Shown here: one piece after another, positions 43,419 to 52,723 of the stretch
Layout: each line of letters starts with the position of its first letter
Position numbering within the stretch: the stretch's first letter is position 1
NCBI GenBank assembly: GCA_021107855.1
Contig: JAIORZ010000002.1
Coordinates: 64,148-128,147 of the forward strand
Source of the DNA: an archaeon
GTDB taxonomy: Archaea > Nanobdellota > Nanobdellia > Pacearchaeales > GW2011-AR1
DNA: 64,000 nucleotides
Direction of reading: 5' to 3'
Translations under genes and position numbers: made by a program
The notes under the pieces: model-generated
Told to the model about the DNA's origin: nothing
Database searches by the model: none
Seen by the model: only the letters and a program-made list of their open reading frames with translations

Positions 43419-44711
43419 ATGAAAAGAGGACACATTTTATTTATCACCTGCCTAATGTTAACATCCCTAACATCCGCCATCCCAACACTAAACTTCCAAC
43501 ACGAGCAAACCCAAGTCGGAGAAACCATCATAGCAACAATCACAACCCCAGGCGAATTTACAAAACAAATCGAACCCGAAGACCTCGAATTCTACCAAGG
43601 CCGCAAAAAAACCTCATTCGAATCAGACATCATATACTACCACGGAACACACTACCTCTACATCTACACAACCCGAGTCGGGAACTTCACAATACAAATC
43701 GAAGACATCCTCTACAAAGAACTAGACATGCTCAAATCCACAACAATCATAAAAGAACTAAACATCACAGAAAAAACAAACCAAACCCTCACAATCAAAC
43801 CCGGCTTCATCTTCACCACCCAAACACCAACAATTAAATTCCTAAACACCGGAATCTCCCAACTCAACCTAACCTACAACGACAACGAAACCTCCCTCCT
43901 CCCATCCCAAACCAAAGAAATAACACTAGACCCAGAAGAAGTATTTTCCTATCTCACCATCTCAACATACAAAGAGTTCTCCATCCCAATAATATATTTC
44001 AAAGCAGACGAGAACACAACATTCATATCACCCTCAGTCAAAGCCGACCTAAGGTCAAACCCAAAACTCCTCTTCCTCGAACTCTTCACAGAAAACGAAA
44101 CCCAAAGCATAATTGAAGTCTTCAACTTCGGAGACCAAAACATAACAGACATCAAAGCAACACACAACATGTCATTCTTAACAATGGAAGAAATTCAAGA
44201 CCTCCCACCAAGAGGAATCCAGAATCTAACCCTAACCTTCCAACCAGAAATCCCAGGACACTTCCAGGACGAAATCAACATAACCTACACACAAAACCAG
44301 ACCCAACAAGAACTCCAAATCTCACTAAGCATCTTCGTCCTACCCAAAGGAGAACCAATAGAAAATTTCGAAGTCAAAGAAGAAACATGTCAAGAAATGT
44401 CAGGAAAAGTCTGTGAAGATGGATACCTCTGTAACGGAACAGCGACCTTCACGAAAAACTCCGAATACTGCTGCCTAGCAACATGCGTCGAACTAGAAAA
44501 CACAGAACCATCAGACTCAAGCGGCTTCGGGTGGTTAATCGGAATAGTAATTCTAGCAATCCTCGGCATAGGAGGATACGCTCTCTACAAAAAACAAAAA
44601 ACTTTCAAGCCCCAAACATCAAAAGACAAACTCAACGAAGTCTCAAAAAAATTCGAAAAACGTCTATCAGGAGAATCAAACAGAATCGCCGGCGGACTAA
44701 CAAAATCCTAA
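43419..44711 (+). CDS. Anchored surface glycoprotein-like protein (430 aa), hypothetical
   Basis: The protein has a signal peptide and many N-x-S/T sequons. The juxtamembrane Cys motif CQEMSGKVCEDGYLCNGTATFTKNSEYCCLATC is shared with 41544..43388. The TM helix reads GWLIGIVILAILGIGGYALY. Confidence 0.7.
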   Translation: MKRGHILFITCLMLTSLTSAIPTLNFQHEQTQVGETIIATITTPGEFTKQIEPEDLEFYQGRKKTSFESDIIYYHGTHYLYIYTTRVGNFTIQIEDILYKELDMLKSTTIIKELNITEKTNQTLTIKPGFIFTTQTPTIKFLNTGISQLNLTYNDNETSLLPSQTKEITLDPEEVFSYLTISTYKEFSIPIIYFKADENTTFISPSVKADLRSNPKLLFLELFTENETQSIIEVFNFGDQNITDIKATHNMSFLTMEEIQDLPPRGIQNLTLTFQPEIPGHFQDEINITYTQNQTQQELQISLSIFVLPKGEPIENFEVKEETCQEMSGKVCEDGYLCNGTATFTKNSEYCCLATCVELENTEPSDSSGFGWLIGIVILAILGIGGYALYKKQKTFKPQTSKDKLNEVSKKFEKRLSGESNRIAGGLTKS

Positions 44712-45323
44712 TCACTTCTTAGATTTCTTCTTGATCTTCTTAACAATCTTTTTCTTGCCCGATGAAGCCGGAACTTTAGTTCCCTTTTTAGAGGGTACAC
44801 TTTTATGTGTAGAAACCTTTTTGGCTACTTTCGCTACTTTCCCCTTCTTCAACTCAGCAATCTCCTTATCCTTAGCATCTAAAATCTTCTTAGCCAAAAC
44901 CAACTGCGCCTCCATCTGCTTATGCCTCTCCCCCAAAACCTTCGCAATCTCATCATACCGATGCAATCTCCCAGAAATATTATTCAACAAATCCGTCGCC
45001 TCAGTCATCCCCAAATTAACACTACTAGGCTCAATCACCTCAACCGAACTCGGCATAAAATCAAACATCGTCTCACTCATTCTAGCAAAACTAGGAATCT
45101 CAATATCACACTCCGCAAAAGCCGTAAACATCTCCTCTCCCTTAACTACCTCTTTCCCCTCCTCCTGAACAATGATCCGAGGCTCACTAACCTTTATCTC
45201 ATGAATCTCCACATCCTTCACATCCCTCAAAACCCCAACATGCTTCTCCAAACTCTCCGTCAAATGCACCGCAGGCCGACCCGCCATCTCAACAATCATG
45301 ATTATTCTCACCATCTCCAACAA
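44712..45323 (-). CDS. Hypothetical cytoplasmic protein with coiled-coil and Lys-rich tail (203 aa)
   Basis: The ORF lies on the dominant strand and I recognised no motif. Its stop abuts the stop of the convergent gene 43419..44711. Confidence 0.55.
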   Translation of the reverse strand: MLEMVRIIMIVEMAGRPAVHLTESLEKHVGVLRDVKDVEIHEIKVSEPRIIVQEEGKEVVKGEEMFTAFAECDIEIPSFARMSETMFDFMPSSVEVIEPSSVNLGMTEATDLLNNISGRLHRYDEIAKVLGERHKQMEAQLVLAKKILDAKDKEIAELKKGKVAKVAKKVSTHKSVPSKKGTKVPASSGKKKIVKKIKKKSKK

Positions 45324-45337
45324 AAAACATTCCCATT

Positions 45338-45964
45338 TTAAAACTTATCTAAAACCAAAATTCCAACCAAGAAAATCATAAACAAACAAAACCCATAAAG
45401 CAACCAATCAACAATCCACCCATCCTTCGAAACATAACCCCATCCTTCATCCTCGATAACGACATCCCCATTCAAAGAAATAACAGCAGGCTCCAATCTC
45501 TCCAAAACAACAACCTCACTCTCCAACCTCTCAACCTTCTCCACCTCCTCACTTTCCTCTTCCTCTTCCTCATCCTCTTCCTCCAAAACCAAAACCTTCA
45601 ACCTCCCAACATCAAACTCCTCCCGATAACTCCCCTGCCTCAATTTCAAAATCACATCATACCTCCCCTTCTCCAAAATCTTCAACTTAACATCTTCCTC
45701 GTCCCCATCCTCGATAAACTCCTTCAAATAATAATACCCAGACTTCCAATCACCAGAATCAAAAATTCTCAAAATCGAACTCCGCTCCTTATCAACCTCG
45801 ACCTTCACATCATAAACCCCGTCCCCATCACTCACCTCCAACGAACATTCAAATTCCTCACCGACATAAATATCATCAGGACAATCAAAATCAACCTCAA
45901 CCGCAGAAACAAAACCCATCAACAAAACCAAAACCAACCACTTCATAAAACTAAATAATTTCAA
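45338..45964 (-). CDS. Anchored acidic surface protein (208 aa), hypothetical
   Basis: The protein has a signal peptide, a poly-Glu linker and a C-terminal TM helix (LLYGFCLFMIFLVGILVL). Confidence 0.65.
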   Translation of the reverse strand: MKLFSFMKWLVLVLLMGFVSAVEVDFDCPDDIYVGEEFECSLEVSDGDGVYDVKVEVDKERSSILRIFDSGDWKSGYYYLKEFIEDGDEEDVKLKILEKGRYDVILKLRQGSYREEFDVGRLKVLVLEEEDEEEEEESEEVEKVERLESEVVVLERLEPAVISLNGDVVIEDEGWGYVSKDGWIVDWLLYGFCLFMIFLVGILVLDKF

Positions 45965-45979
45965 ACCTTATATTTTTAC

Positions 45980-46309
45980 CTAATATATCAAAGACCCGAC
46001 AAGAACAGTTGCGTTAGCAATAAACGAAAGCGAATAGGCAATAATAATAGGCTTATATTTATGAACAAGACCGTAAACAAACCAAGGAATATTAAAAAGA
46101 GCATAAAGACCCCAAGACAAACTAGACACCCCCATAGCATTCTTAAAAATAAAAATCTGCAAAATCTGAGGCAAGGCAATCAAAGGACCAATAACAGCGA
46201 CGACAATCAAAAACCTATCCAAAAACCTAACCCATTCATTCTCATGCGGATACGCTTCCAATTTAGAATGCACCCTCTTCCGTCTATGCAAATGATGAAA
46301 CCCACCCAT
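45980..46309 (-). CDS. SemiSWEET / PQ-loop sugar transporter (3-TM)
   Basis: IGPLIALPQILQIF (PQ motif), WFVYGLVH and PIIIAYS align with bacterial SemiSWEET signatures. The product is 109 aa and has a basic N-terminal extension. Confidence 0.65.
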   Translation of the reverse strand: MGGFHHLHRRKRVHSKLEAYPHENEWVRFLDRFLIVVAVIGPLIALPQILQIFIFKNAMGVSSLSWGLYALFNIPWFVYGLVHKYKPIIIAYSLSFIANATVLVGSLIY

Positions 46310-46392
46310 GAAAACTTTTACAAAACTTTCTTTAAATAATTAACTTCTCCCAAAAATATCATCCGATCAATTATTATCCAACAACCTAAAAC

Positions 46393-46400
46393 TTTTAAAA
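46393..46400 (+). promoter_or_regulatory. TATA box for glycyl-tRNA synthetase gene
   Basis: ttttaaaa ends 22 nt before ATG 46422. Confidence 0.4.
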
Positions 46401-46421
46401 ACAACTTTTCTTGAACAAACA

Positions 46422-47942
46422 ATGACAGAAAACCTAACAATCAAAGATATCGCAGCATTCTGCAAACAAAAAGGATTCATATTCCCAAACTCAGAAATTT
46501 ACGGCGGACTAGCAGGATTTTTCGACTACGGACCAGTCGGCTCCGAAATGAAAACAAACCTAAAAAACGACTGGTGGAAATTCCACGTCCAGCAACGTGA
46601 CGACATAGTAGGAATCGACGGAACTATCATTACACACCCAACAGTATGGGTAGCCTCCGGACACGCAGCCAGCTTCCAAGACCCAATGCTAGAATGTTCC
46701 GAATGCAAAGAAAAAACAAGAGCAGACACCTTCATCGAAGAAAAACTGAAAATCGCAGCCGACGGGATGAGCACAGAAAAAATAATGGAACTAGTAAAAG
46801 AAAACAACCTATCCTGTGAAAAATGTGGTTCAGAATTCAAAGATATCGAACAATTCAATCTAATGTTCCAAACCCAAGTAGGACCAAAATCAGGCAAAGA
46901 AAGCATGGCATACCTTCGACCAGAAACAGCCCAAGTAATATTCGCAGACTTCAAACAAGTAGCAGAAACCTCAAGACTAAAACTCCCGTTCGGAATCGCC
47001 CAAATGGGAAGAGCCTTCAGAAACGAAATCTCACCAAGAAACTTCATCTTCAGATGCAGAGAATTCGAACAAATGGAAATCGAATACTTCATCCACCCAA
47101 AAGACACAAACAACTGCCCATACATCAACGAAGTCCTCGACTACGAAGCGACCATATACTCCGAAGAAATGCAAGTGAAAGGAGAAAACACAGAAGGAGA
47201 AAAAATGACAATGAAACAAGCTTTAGAAAAAGAAATTATTAAAACCCAATGGCACGCTTATTGGTTATCAACAGAACTAAAATGGTTCGAAAGGCTAGGC
47301 GCAAAAAAAGAAAACTTCAGATTAAGACAACACGTCACATCAGAAAAAAGCCACTACGCACTAGACACATGGGACCTAGAATACAAATTCCCATTCGGGT
47401 GGAAAGAACTCCAAGGAATGGCGAACAGAACAGATTTCGATTTACAACAACACATCAAACACTCCGGAAAAGACCTAAGCCTATTCGACGAAGAATCTAA
47501 AGAAAAAATCGTCCCACATGTAGTAGCAGAACCTTCCCAGGGTGTAGACAGGGCATTCCTAGTTTTCCTTTGCGACGCATATAACAACGACGAAGAAAGA
47601 GGAAATATCGTATTAAAATTACACCCAAAACTCGCCCCAATAAAAGTATCAATATTTCCACTAGTCAAAAAATTAGAAGAAGACGCAAAAAAGATTTACG
47701 ACGAATTGAAAATGGAATTTAATTGTTCTTACGATAAATCAGGTTCAATAGGAAGAAGATACGCAAGAGCCGACGAAATCGGAACACCCTACTGCGTAAC
47801 AATAGATTTCGACACCCTAAGCACAGGCATCGTAACAATCCGAGACCGAGACACAACGAAACAAATCAAAGTCCACAAAGACAAATTGACAGATACAGTC
47901 CAAGATTTAATCAAAGGAAAAACAGAATTCTCAAGAATTTAA
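46422..47942 (+). CDS. glyS: Glycine--tRNA ligase (archaeal/eukaryotic alpha2 type)
   Basis: The 506-aa product carries FPNSEIYGGLAGFFDYGPVG, GRAFRNEISPR, class II motifs and a C-terminal anticodon-binding domain. Confidence 0.9.
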   Translation: MTENLTIKDIAAFCKQKGFIFPNSEIYGGLAGFFDYGPVGSEMKTNLKNDWWKFHVQQRDDIVGIDGTIITHPTVWVASGHAASFQDPMLECSECKEKTRADTFIEEKLKIAADGMSTEKIMELVKENNLSCEKCGSEFKDIEQFNLMFQTQVGPKSGKESMAYLRPETAQVIFADFKQVAETSRLKLPFGIAQMGRAFRNEISPRNFIFRCREFEQMEIEYFIHPKDTNNCPYINEVLDYEATIYSEEMQVKGENTEGEKMTMKQALEKEIIKTQWHAYWLSTELKWFERLGAKKENFRLRQHVTSEKSHYALDTWDLEYKFPFGWKELQGMANRTDFDLQQHIKHSGKDLSLFDEESKEKIVPHVVAEPSQGVDRAFLVFLCDAYNNDEERGNIVLKLHPKLAPIKVSIFPLVKKLEEDAKKIYDELKMEFNCSYDKSGSIGRRYARADEIGTPYCVTIDFDTLSTGIVTIRDRDTTKQIKVHKDKLTDTVQDLIKGKTEFSRI

Positions 47943-47944
47943 AT

Positions 47945-48178
47945 TCATGAAGCATCCACAGAATGCCAATATCCATTAGATCTCTCCTGAACTTCGTCAT
48001 ACCTTTCATCGGTATAACCATAAATCTTTTCTTTATTTGTATCAGACCACCCAAAACGAATTACAGGACGATTATCCTCGCTCCTCCTACCATATTCTAT
48101 CGACAATTCATCCGGAGCTTTCCCCAAAGAAACCAATACATCGAAAAGCCGAGCCAACAAATCATCCGCCATAATCAA
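47945..48178 (-). CDS. Hypothetical protein (77 aa)
   Basis: The ORF overlaps the upstream gene by 4 nt. I recognised no motif. Confidence 0.45.
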   Translation of the reverse strand: MIMADDLLARLFDVLVSLGKAPDELSIEYGRRSEDNRPVIRFGWSDTNKEKIYGYTDERYDEVQERSNGYWHSVDAS

Positions 48179-48780
48179 CTCCTCATCCTCTTCCCAATCT
48201 CCAAAAAATCAACGTACTCAACCCGCACCTTATTCTTCTCTTTCACCTTAGAAGCAACCAAAATCTCCGAAAAAATCCCATTCTCCAACAACCACGAACA
48301 CTTCAACTTCTCCTCACGACTAAGCTTCCCATTCATCTTAACCTCAACCCCAATCACCTTATACAAATCTCTCCTCTTCTCAAAACACACAAAATCCGGA
48401 AACCCAGTCCCAATCGTCATCACACCCTTACCCGGACCAAACGGTCTAAACACCCGCTTGCACGGAACAACTCGCCCCTCATCTAAATCAACATTATTAG
48501 ACCACTTATCAACAACCCAGCCCTTCTCCTCCAAATCCTTCCGAGTTCTTAATTCAAACGCCCCGCCACTTGCCTTACTCTTAGACCCTCGCTCAATATT
48601 AACCTTTTTCTTCTGCTCCCCAATCTTCCCCTCACTATCCCACTCAGTCTCATACTTCTCACTAGAAGCCCTCTTAATCTTCCCCAATATTTTCTCCCTC
48701 TCAACACTCTTCAATTCCACATTAACCAAAAGCATCCAACAATTATAAACCCTCTCCCAATTCGCGCGGACGAACCACAC
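48175..48780 (-). CDS. PD-(D/E)xK nuclease, Hjc/restriction-endonuclease-like
   Basis: GGAFELRTRKDLEEKGWVV is followed by GFPDFVCF and then IGVEVKMNGKLSREEK, giving E...PD...E.K spacing as in archaeal Holliday junction resolvase-type nucleases. The N-terminal extension is uncertain. Confidence 0.5.
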   Translation of the reverse strand: MWFVRANWERVYNCWMLLVNVELKSVEREKILGKIKRASSEKYETEWDSEGKIGEQKKKVNIERGSKSKASGGAFELRTRKDLEEKGWVVDKWSNNVDLDEGRVVPCKRVFRPFGPGKGVMTIGTGFPDFVCFEKRRDLYKVIGVEVKMNGKLSREEKLKCSWLLENGIFSEILVASKVKEKNKVRVEYVDFLEIGKRMRS

Positions 48781-48821
48781 AACAAATACTATCCCCTACC
48801 GCCTAACCCCTCGTGAAGTGG

Positions 48822-48986
48822 CTATAGGTCACGAGCGTAAACAGTCCGCCTAAAATTCTTCTTCGCCCTCTCACTCGCCTTCTTCAAAATCCCCTCAACC
48901 CGCCTCTCCAACTCAACAGCCAAATCCTCACCCAAATTCAATCCATCAAGCATCTTCCGAATATTACTTCTTACAATAATTCCCAT
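48822..48986 (-). CDS. Small histone-fold-like protein (DUF1931-like, 54 aa)
   Basis: The ORF is not in the track because it is shorter than 60 aa. Hand translation gives MGIIVRSNIRKMLDGLNLGEDLAVELERRVEGILKKASERAKKNFRRTVYARDL*. The pattern ...V..L...A..RA..N.R.TV...DL is typical of DUF1931/histone-fold proteins. Confidence 0.5.
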   Translation of the reverse strand: MGIIVRSNIRKMLDGLNLGEDLAVELERRVEGILKKASERAKKNFRRTVYARDL

Positions 48987-49028
48987 ACTACATATAACAA
49001 ACTACACTTTAAATATATTACACAAAAT

Positions 49029-49613
49029 CTACTCAAGCCCAACCTCATCCCTTATCCTATCAACCGCACCAATAGAAATCTCAAAAAACTCACCCAACTC
49101 CAACCCAGTCTTCTCAATCTCCCTAATCAACTCCCGATTACAATTCGCCGCAAAAGCCGCACTCTTAAATTTCTTCTTCAAACCCTTAACTTTCATATCA
49201 CTAATCTTCCCACCCCTCATCAAAGCATAAGCATAAATCAACCCAGTCAAACTCTCCGCCGCGACCAAAGCATGTTCAATCTTCTTCGTTCTCTTTCCCT
49301 CTTTTAGAGTAGGAATTATATCAAGTCCACACCCATGCGACTGCACAATTCCGATAAACTCATCGTCAAATCCCTTCTCCCTCAAAATTCCCTTAGCCTC
49401 GACACAATGCCTTCCCAAATCATCCTTCGTCAAAGACCAATCAATATCATGCAACAACCCAACCATCCCCCAATATTCAACATCCTCACCGAATTTCTCA
49501 GCCAAAGCCCGCATAATCGCCTCACTCTCAAGATAATGATTCATGTCAGATTTCTCCTGCGGCATACTCTTCAAAAACTCTAAAGCTTCATCTCTGTTTA
49601 TTGGAAGCTCCAT
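49029..49613 (-). CDS. HD-superfamily phosphohydrolase
   Basis: The ORF is trimmed to ATG 49613..49611 (MELPINRDEALEFL), 1 nt after the lysS stop. The motif reads H...MRALAEKFGEDVEYWGMVGLLHDIDW. Confidence 0.65.
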   Translation of the reverse strand: MELPINRDEALEFLKSMPQEKSDMNHYLESEAIMRALAEKFGEDVEYWGMVGLLHDIDWSLTKDDLGRHCVEAKGILREKGFDDEFIGIVQSHGCGLDIIPTLKEGKRTKKIEHALVAAESLTGLIYAYALMRGGKISDMKVKGLKKKFKSAAFAANCNRELIREIEKTGLELGEFFEISIGAVDRIRDEVGLE

Positions 49614-49614
49614 T

Positions 49615-51159
49615 TTAATTTTTCTTAAATTCAATTTTTTCTTTAAGAGATATGTCTTCTTTGATTTCTACCTCATGACTAATTGCGGGCCGCATAAACG
49701 GAAAAAAAATCACATCCCGAATCGAATCCTTCCCAGTCAAAATCATAGCCAACCTATCTATCCCCATCCCAAATCCAGCAGTCGGCGGCATCCCATACAT
49801 AAGTGCATCAACAAAATCCTCATCCATCGGCATCGCCTCATCATCTCCCTCTCCTTTAAGTTTCTCCTGCTCCTCAAACCTCGTCTTCTGGTCAATCGGG
49901 TCGTTCAATTCATCATACGCCTTCACAATCTCAGCACCATCAATAATCAACTGCACCGAATTAACCTTAGAAGAATCATCTTTATTCCTCTTCGCCAAAG
50001 CAACCATTTCAACCGGATAATGAGTCAGAAATGTGGGCTGAATGATATTAGGTCGGACAATCTTCTTGTAAACCTCGTCGAGCAACCCTCCATAATGCTT
50101 ACATCCCGAAACATCAACACCAATTTTCTTCTCCTCCAACGCCGACTTAAAACTATCAAAATCTTTAGCTACATCAATATCAATCCCAATTTTATCAAGC
50201 AACAAATCCCTAAAACTAACCCTGGCAAAAGGCGTCTTAAACGAAATCTTATTCCCACGATACTCAATAGAAGGCCCAAGCTTCAATTCTTTTCTAAGCC
50301 CATTAAAAAATTTCTCAATAAACTTAACATGATACTCAAAATCTTTATACGCAACATAATATTCCATCATAGTAAACTCAGGGTTATGTGCATAATCAAT
50401 TCCCTCATTTCTAAAGTTCTTACAAATACTAAACACCCTTTCATACCCACCAACAATCAACCTCTTCAAATAAAGTTCAGGAGAAATCGACAAATAAGCA
50501 TCCATGTCCAAAGCATTAATATGCGTCACAAAAGGTTTAGCCGAAGCGCCCCCATAAACAGGCTGAATCAAAGGCGTCTCAACTTCCATAAACCCCTCGC
50601 TCTTCAAAAATTTCCTCAAATAAGAAACCAACTTCGACTTCACGACAAAAACATCCCTTACCTCTTCGTTCATAATCAAATCCAAATACCTCTTCCGATA
50701 CCGCTCCTCCTTATCCTGAATACCATGCCATTTCTCAGGCAAAGGCTTAATCGACTTCGACAACAAAATAACCTCACTAGCCAAAACAGATAATTCCCCC
50801 CTCTTCGTCCTCATGGGGCTACCCTTCACCCCAACAAAATCCCCAGCATCCAAATTCTTAAAACTCTTCATAACCTCATCCGAATTCTGAACCAAAATCT
50901 GAATCTTCCCCCCATCATCCTGAATCGTTCCAAAAGCAATTTTCCCCATCGCCCTTTTCAACATCAATCTGCCGGCAGTCACAATCTTGTCTTTAGAAGT
51001 TTTCTCATTCTTCAACTTAGAATACTTCTCCTGCAAATCCTTACACCAATTTTTCTTAACAAAATTCTGCGGATACGGCTCAACTCCCTCGCCTCTCAAC
51101 CTATCTATCTTCTTAATTCTCTCCTCAACAATCTGCTTCTCACGACCTTTAAGCTCCAT
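49615..51159 (-). CDS. lysS: Lysine--tRNA ligase, class II
   Basis: The 514-aa product has an OB-fold N-domain, FMEVETPLIQP, FRNEGIDYAHNPEFTMMEYY and a GMGIDRL motif 3. Confidence 0.9.
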   Translation of the reverse strand: MELKGREKQIVEERIKKIDRLRGEGVEPYPQNFVKKNWCKDLQEKYSKLKNEKTSKDKIVTAGRLMLKRAMGKIAFGTIQDDGGKIQILVQNSDEVMKSFKNLDAGDFVGVKGSPMRTKRGELSVLASEVILLSKSIKPLPEKWHGIQDKEERYRKRYLDLIMNEEVRDVFVVKSKLVSYLRKFLKSEGFMEVETPLIQPVYGGASAKPFVTHINALDMDAYLSISPELYLKRLIVGGYERVFSICKNFRNEGIDYAHNPEFTMMEYYVAYKDFEYHVKFIEKFFNGLRKELKLGPSIEYRGNKISFKTPFARVSFRDLLLDKIGIDIDVAKDFDSFKSALEEKKIGVDVSGCKHYGGLLDEVYKKIVRPNIIQPTFLTHYPVEMVALAKRNKDDSSKVNSVQLIIDGAEIVKAYDELNDPIDQKTRFEEQEKLKGEGDDEAMPMDEDFVDALMYGMPPTAGFGMGIDRLAMILTGKDSIRDVIFFPFMRPAISHEVEIKEDISLKEKIEFKKN

Positions 51160-51191
51160 AAAAAACTAAACTAAACCCAATTTATATATCT

Positions 51192-51470
51192 TTAGAATCT
51201 CAAAACCTTAAACTCATCAAAATCCCCACTCCACTTCCTCTCCTCAACAACAACATTCCTAATCTGCGCATGCTCCGGACCCTTTCTCAAAAACCCAGCC
51301 AGCCTCTTCAACCCCTCATCCTCACCCTCCGCAACAACCTCAACCTCACCACTCTCCAAATTCCGCACAAATCCCCGCAACTTCAAATCCTCAGCATGCC
51401 CCTTAACAAACTGCCTAAAAAAAATCCCCTGAACCGTTCCCTGCACAATAAATTTCGCCGCCTTTTTCAT
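51192..51470 (-). CDS. acyP: Acylphosphatase
   Basis: The 92-aa product carries VQGTVQGIFFRQFV...LRGFVRNLESGEVEVVAEG. Confidence 0.85.
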   Translation of the reverse strand: MKKAAKFIVQGTVQGIFFRQFVKGHAEDLKLRGFVRNLESGEVEVVAEGEDEGLKRLAGFLRKGPEHAQIRNVVVEERKWSGDFDEFKVLRF

Positions 51471-51540
51471 AAGATATAGACCAACATCCAGTTTTTATAA
51501 TTATGCCTAAAAAATAAAAAATAAGAAGGATTTCCACCTT

Positions 51541-51566
51541 CCTAAAAAATAAAAAAATAAATCAAC
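51541..51566 (-). terminator. Oligo-T terminator-like tract downstream of 51571..52506
   Basis: The - strand reads GATTTATTTTTTTATTTTTTAGG, followed by the hairpin GAAGG-N7-CCTTC (51525..51541). Confidence 0.4.
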
Positions 51567-51570
51567 TTAT

Positions 51571-52506
51571 TTAGCCTCTCTTCCAGAAAGCAACCCTTCC
51601 CCAAAAAGATTTCCTCTTCTCTTCAATCAGGTTCTTAATCTCAGCTTTCTGCTCATCAGTCAATTCCGCAATAGTGTCCACTCCAGCTCCATCAAGAACA
51701 TCATTCTTAAGCTCAGCTTTCTGCTCATCAGTCAATTCCGCAATAGTATTAACCCCAGCTTTCGCAAGAACCTCAGACCTTGCCGCACGAATTTCCTGAA
51801 CTCCTTTAACTACAGGACCAGGGACATTCTGCCGAACTCTCTTAAGAGTTGTTGCAAATTCTACATCCCATTCTCCGGACAAATCACCAGAATCAAGAAC
51901 AAGAAGACCTTTCCATGTAGTCAAACCCACATAAGAAGCCTTCTTAGTCAAAGTAAATTTCCCAACAACCTCACCTGCAAGCATTTCACCACTAGCCGAA
52001 GTTGCTCCCTCAACAGCATCCTCCGCATCACTATAGGGAGGATATTTATCATTCAAAGAAATAACCTGAAAGTCCACGCTATCCTCAGAAGTTAAGTCAT
52101 CATTATACCTGACAAGCTTATAATTACCAGCACCAGCAACATGAAGTCTTCCAAGAGTTCTCCCAGTCCTAGTATTTTCAACACTAGCCATATCAGCATC
52201 AAGAGCCGCGAATTTTTGAACAGCCCAAAAGCCAGTTATATGATAACCGCTCTCGCCATTCTCAATCCATCCATGACCCCTCCAAGTATTGGCAAAACCA
52301 ACCCTCTTTAAATTAGGAGACATGCTTTCTCCAGTCTCAATCAAAACACTATTGATATCATCGGTACCAATCGATCCAACAACCACCTCAGAAGCATCAA
52401 CTACTTCATTAGTAGCCAAACTCGCACTCTCAGGCAAAACAGCCGAAGTCGCGAAGACACCAGAAACAAGAAGCAACATCAAAAAAATTCCATTTCCAAT
52501 ATTCAT
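51571..52506 (-). CDS. Secreted protein with C-terminal tandem TIAELTDEQKAE repeats (311 aa)
   Basis: The signal peptide is MNIGNGIFLMLLLVSGVFA. A 35-nt perfect direct repeat (51641..51675 = 51713..51747) encodes GV[ND]TIAELTDEQKAE[LI]KN twice. Confidence 0.75.
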   Translation of the reverse strand: MNIGNGIFLMLLLVSGVFATSAVLPESASLATNEVVDASEVVVGSIGTDDINSVLIETGESMSPNLKRVGFANTWRGHGWIENGESGYHITGFWAVQKFAALDADMASVENTRTGRTLGRLHVAGAGNYKLVRYNDDLTSEDSVDFQVISLNDKYPPYSDAEDAVEGATSASGEMLAGEVVGKFTLTKKASYVGLTTWKGLLVLDSGDLSGEWDVEFATTLKRVRQNVPGPVVKGVQEIRAARSEVLAKAGVNTIAELTDEQKAELKNDVLDGAGVDTIAELTDEQKAEIKNLIEEKRKSFWGRVAFWKRG

Positions 52507-52519
52507 TTTAATATACCTC

Positions 52520-52575
52520 CTTTCAAATTTTTTAGCATAACAAAATTTGCGTAAGGATTTCTCAATCCGCCTCTC
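52520..52575 (-). promoter_or_regulatory. Conserved ~57-nt 5' leader motif, copy B (hairpin GGATT-N4-AATCC at 52555..52568)
   Basis: The - strand sequence is GAGAGGCGGATTGAGAAATCCTTACGCAAATTTTGTTATGCTAAAAAATTTGAAAG. GGAGGT follows, 9 nt before ATG 52506. Confidence 0.55.
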
Positions 52576-52723
52576 AAAAAGTTAAATTTGATAAAATCTA
52601 CATAACAAATCCCCGATTCTCCCTTCACTTGTTCAAGCGTCTTATTCATACTTTCCACAAGAATAAAAACTATATAACCCCCACCTGGAACCAAAACGGA
52701 ACAAAAATGGAACCAAAACGAAA

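Noticed and set aside
47963-48748. A 261-aa + strand ORF.
   Set aside because: It lies antisense to the - strand pair 47945..48178 / 48175..48780, which show operon-type overlap and a PD-(D/E)xK motif. Its translation is low-complexity.
49029-49613. The HD-domain protein, considered as an HD-GYP c-di-GMP phosphodiesterase partner for the GGDEF gene.
   Set aside because: It has no GYP or HHExxDGxGYP motif. It resembles generic small HD hydrolases and sits 8.5 kb away in an unrelated operon with lysS.
49543-50793. A 416-aa + strand ORF.
   Set aside because: It lies antisense to class II LysRS (49615..51159) and is a stop-codon-depletion artefact.
52503-52694. A 63-aa - strand ORF upstream of 51571..52506.
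   Set aside because: It is made of the conserved 5' leader motif and promoter region, and the homologous leader at 15264..15470 has no equivalent ORF.
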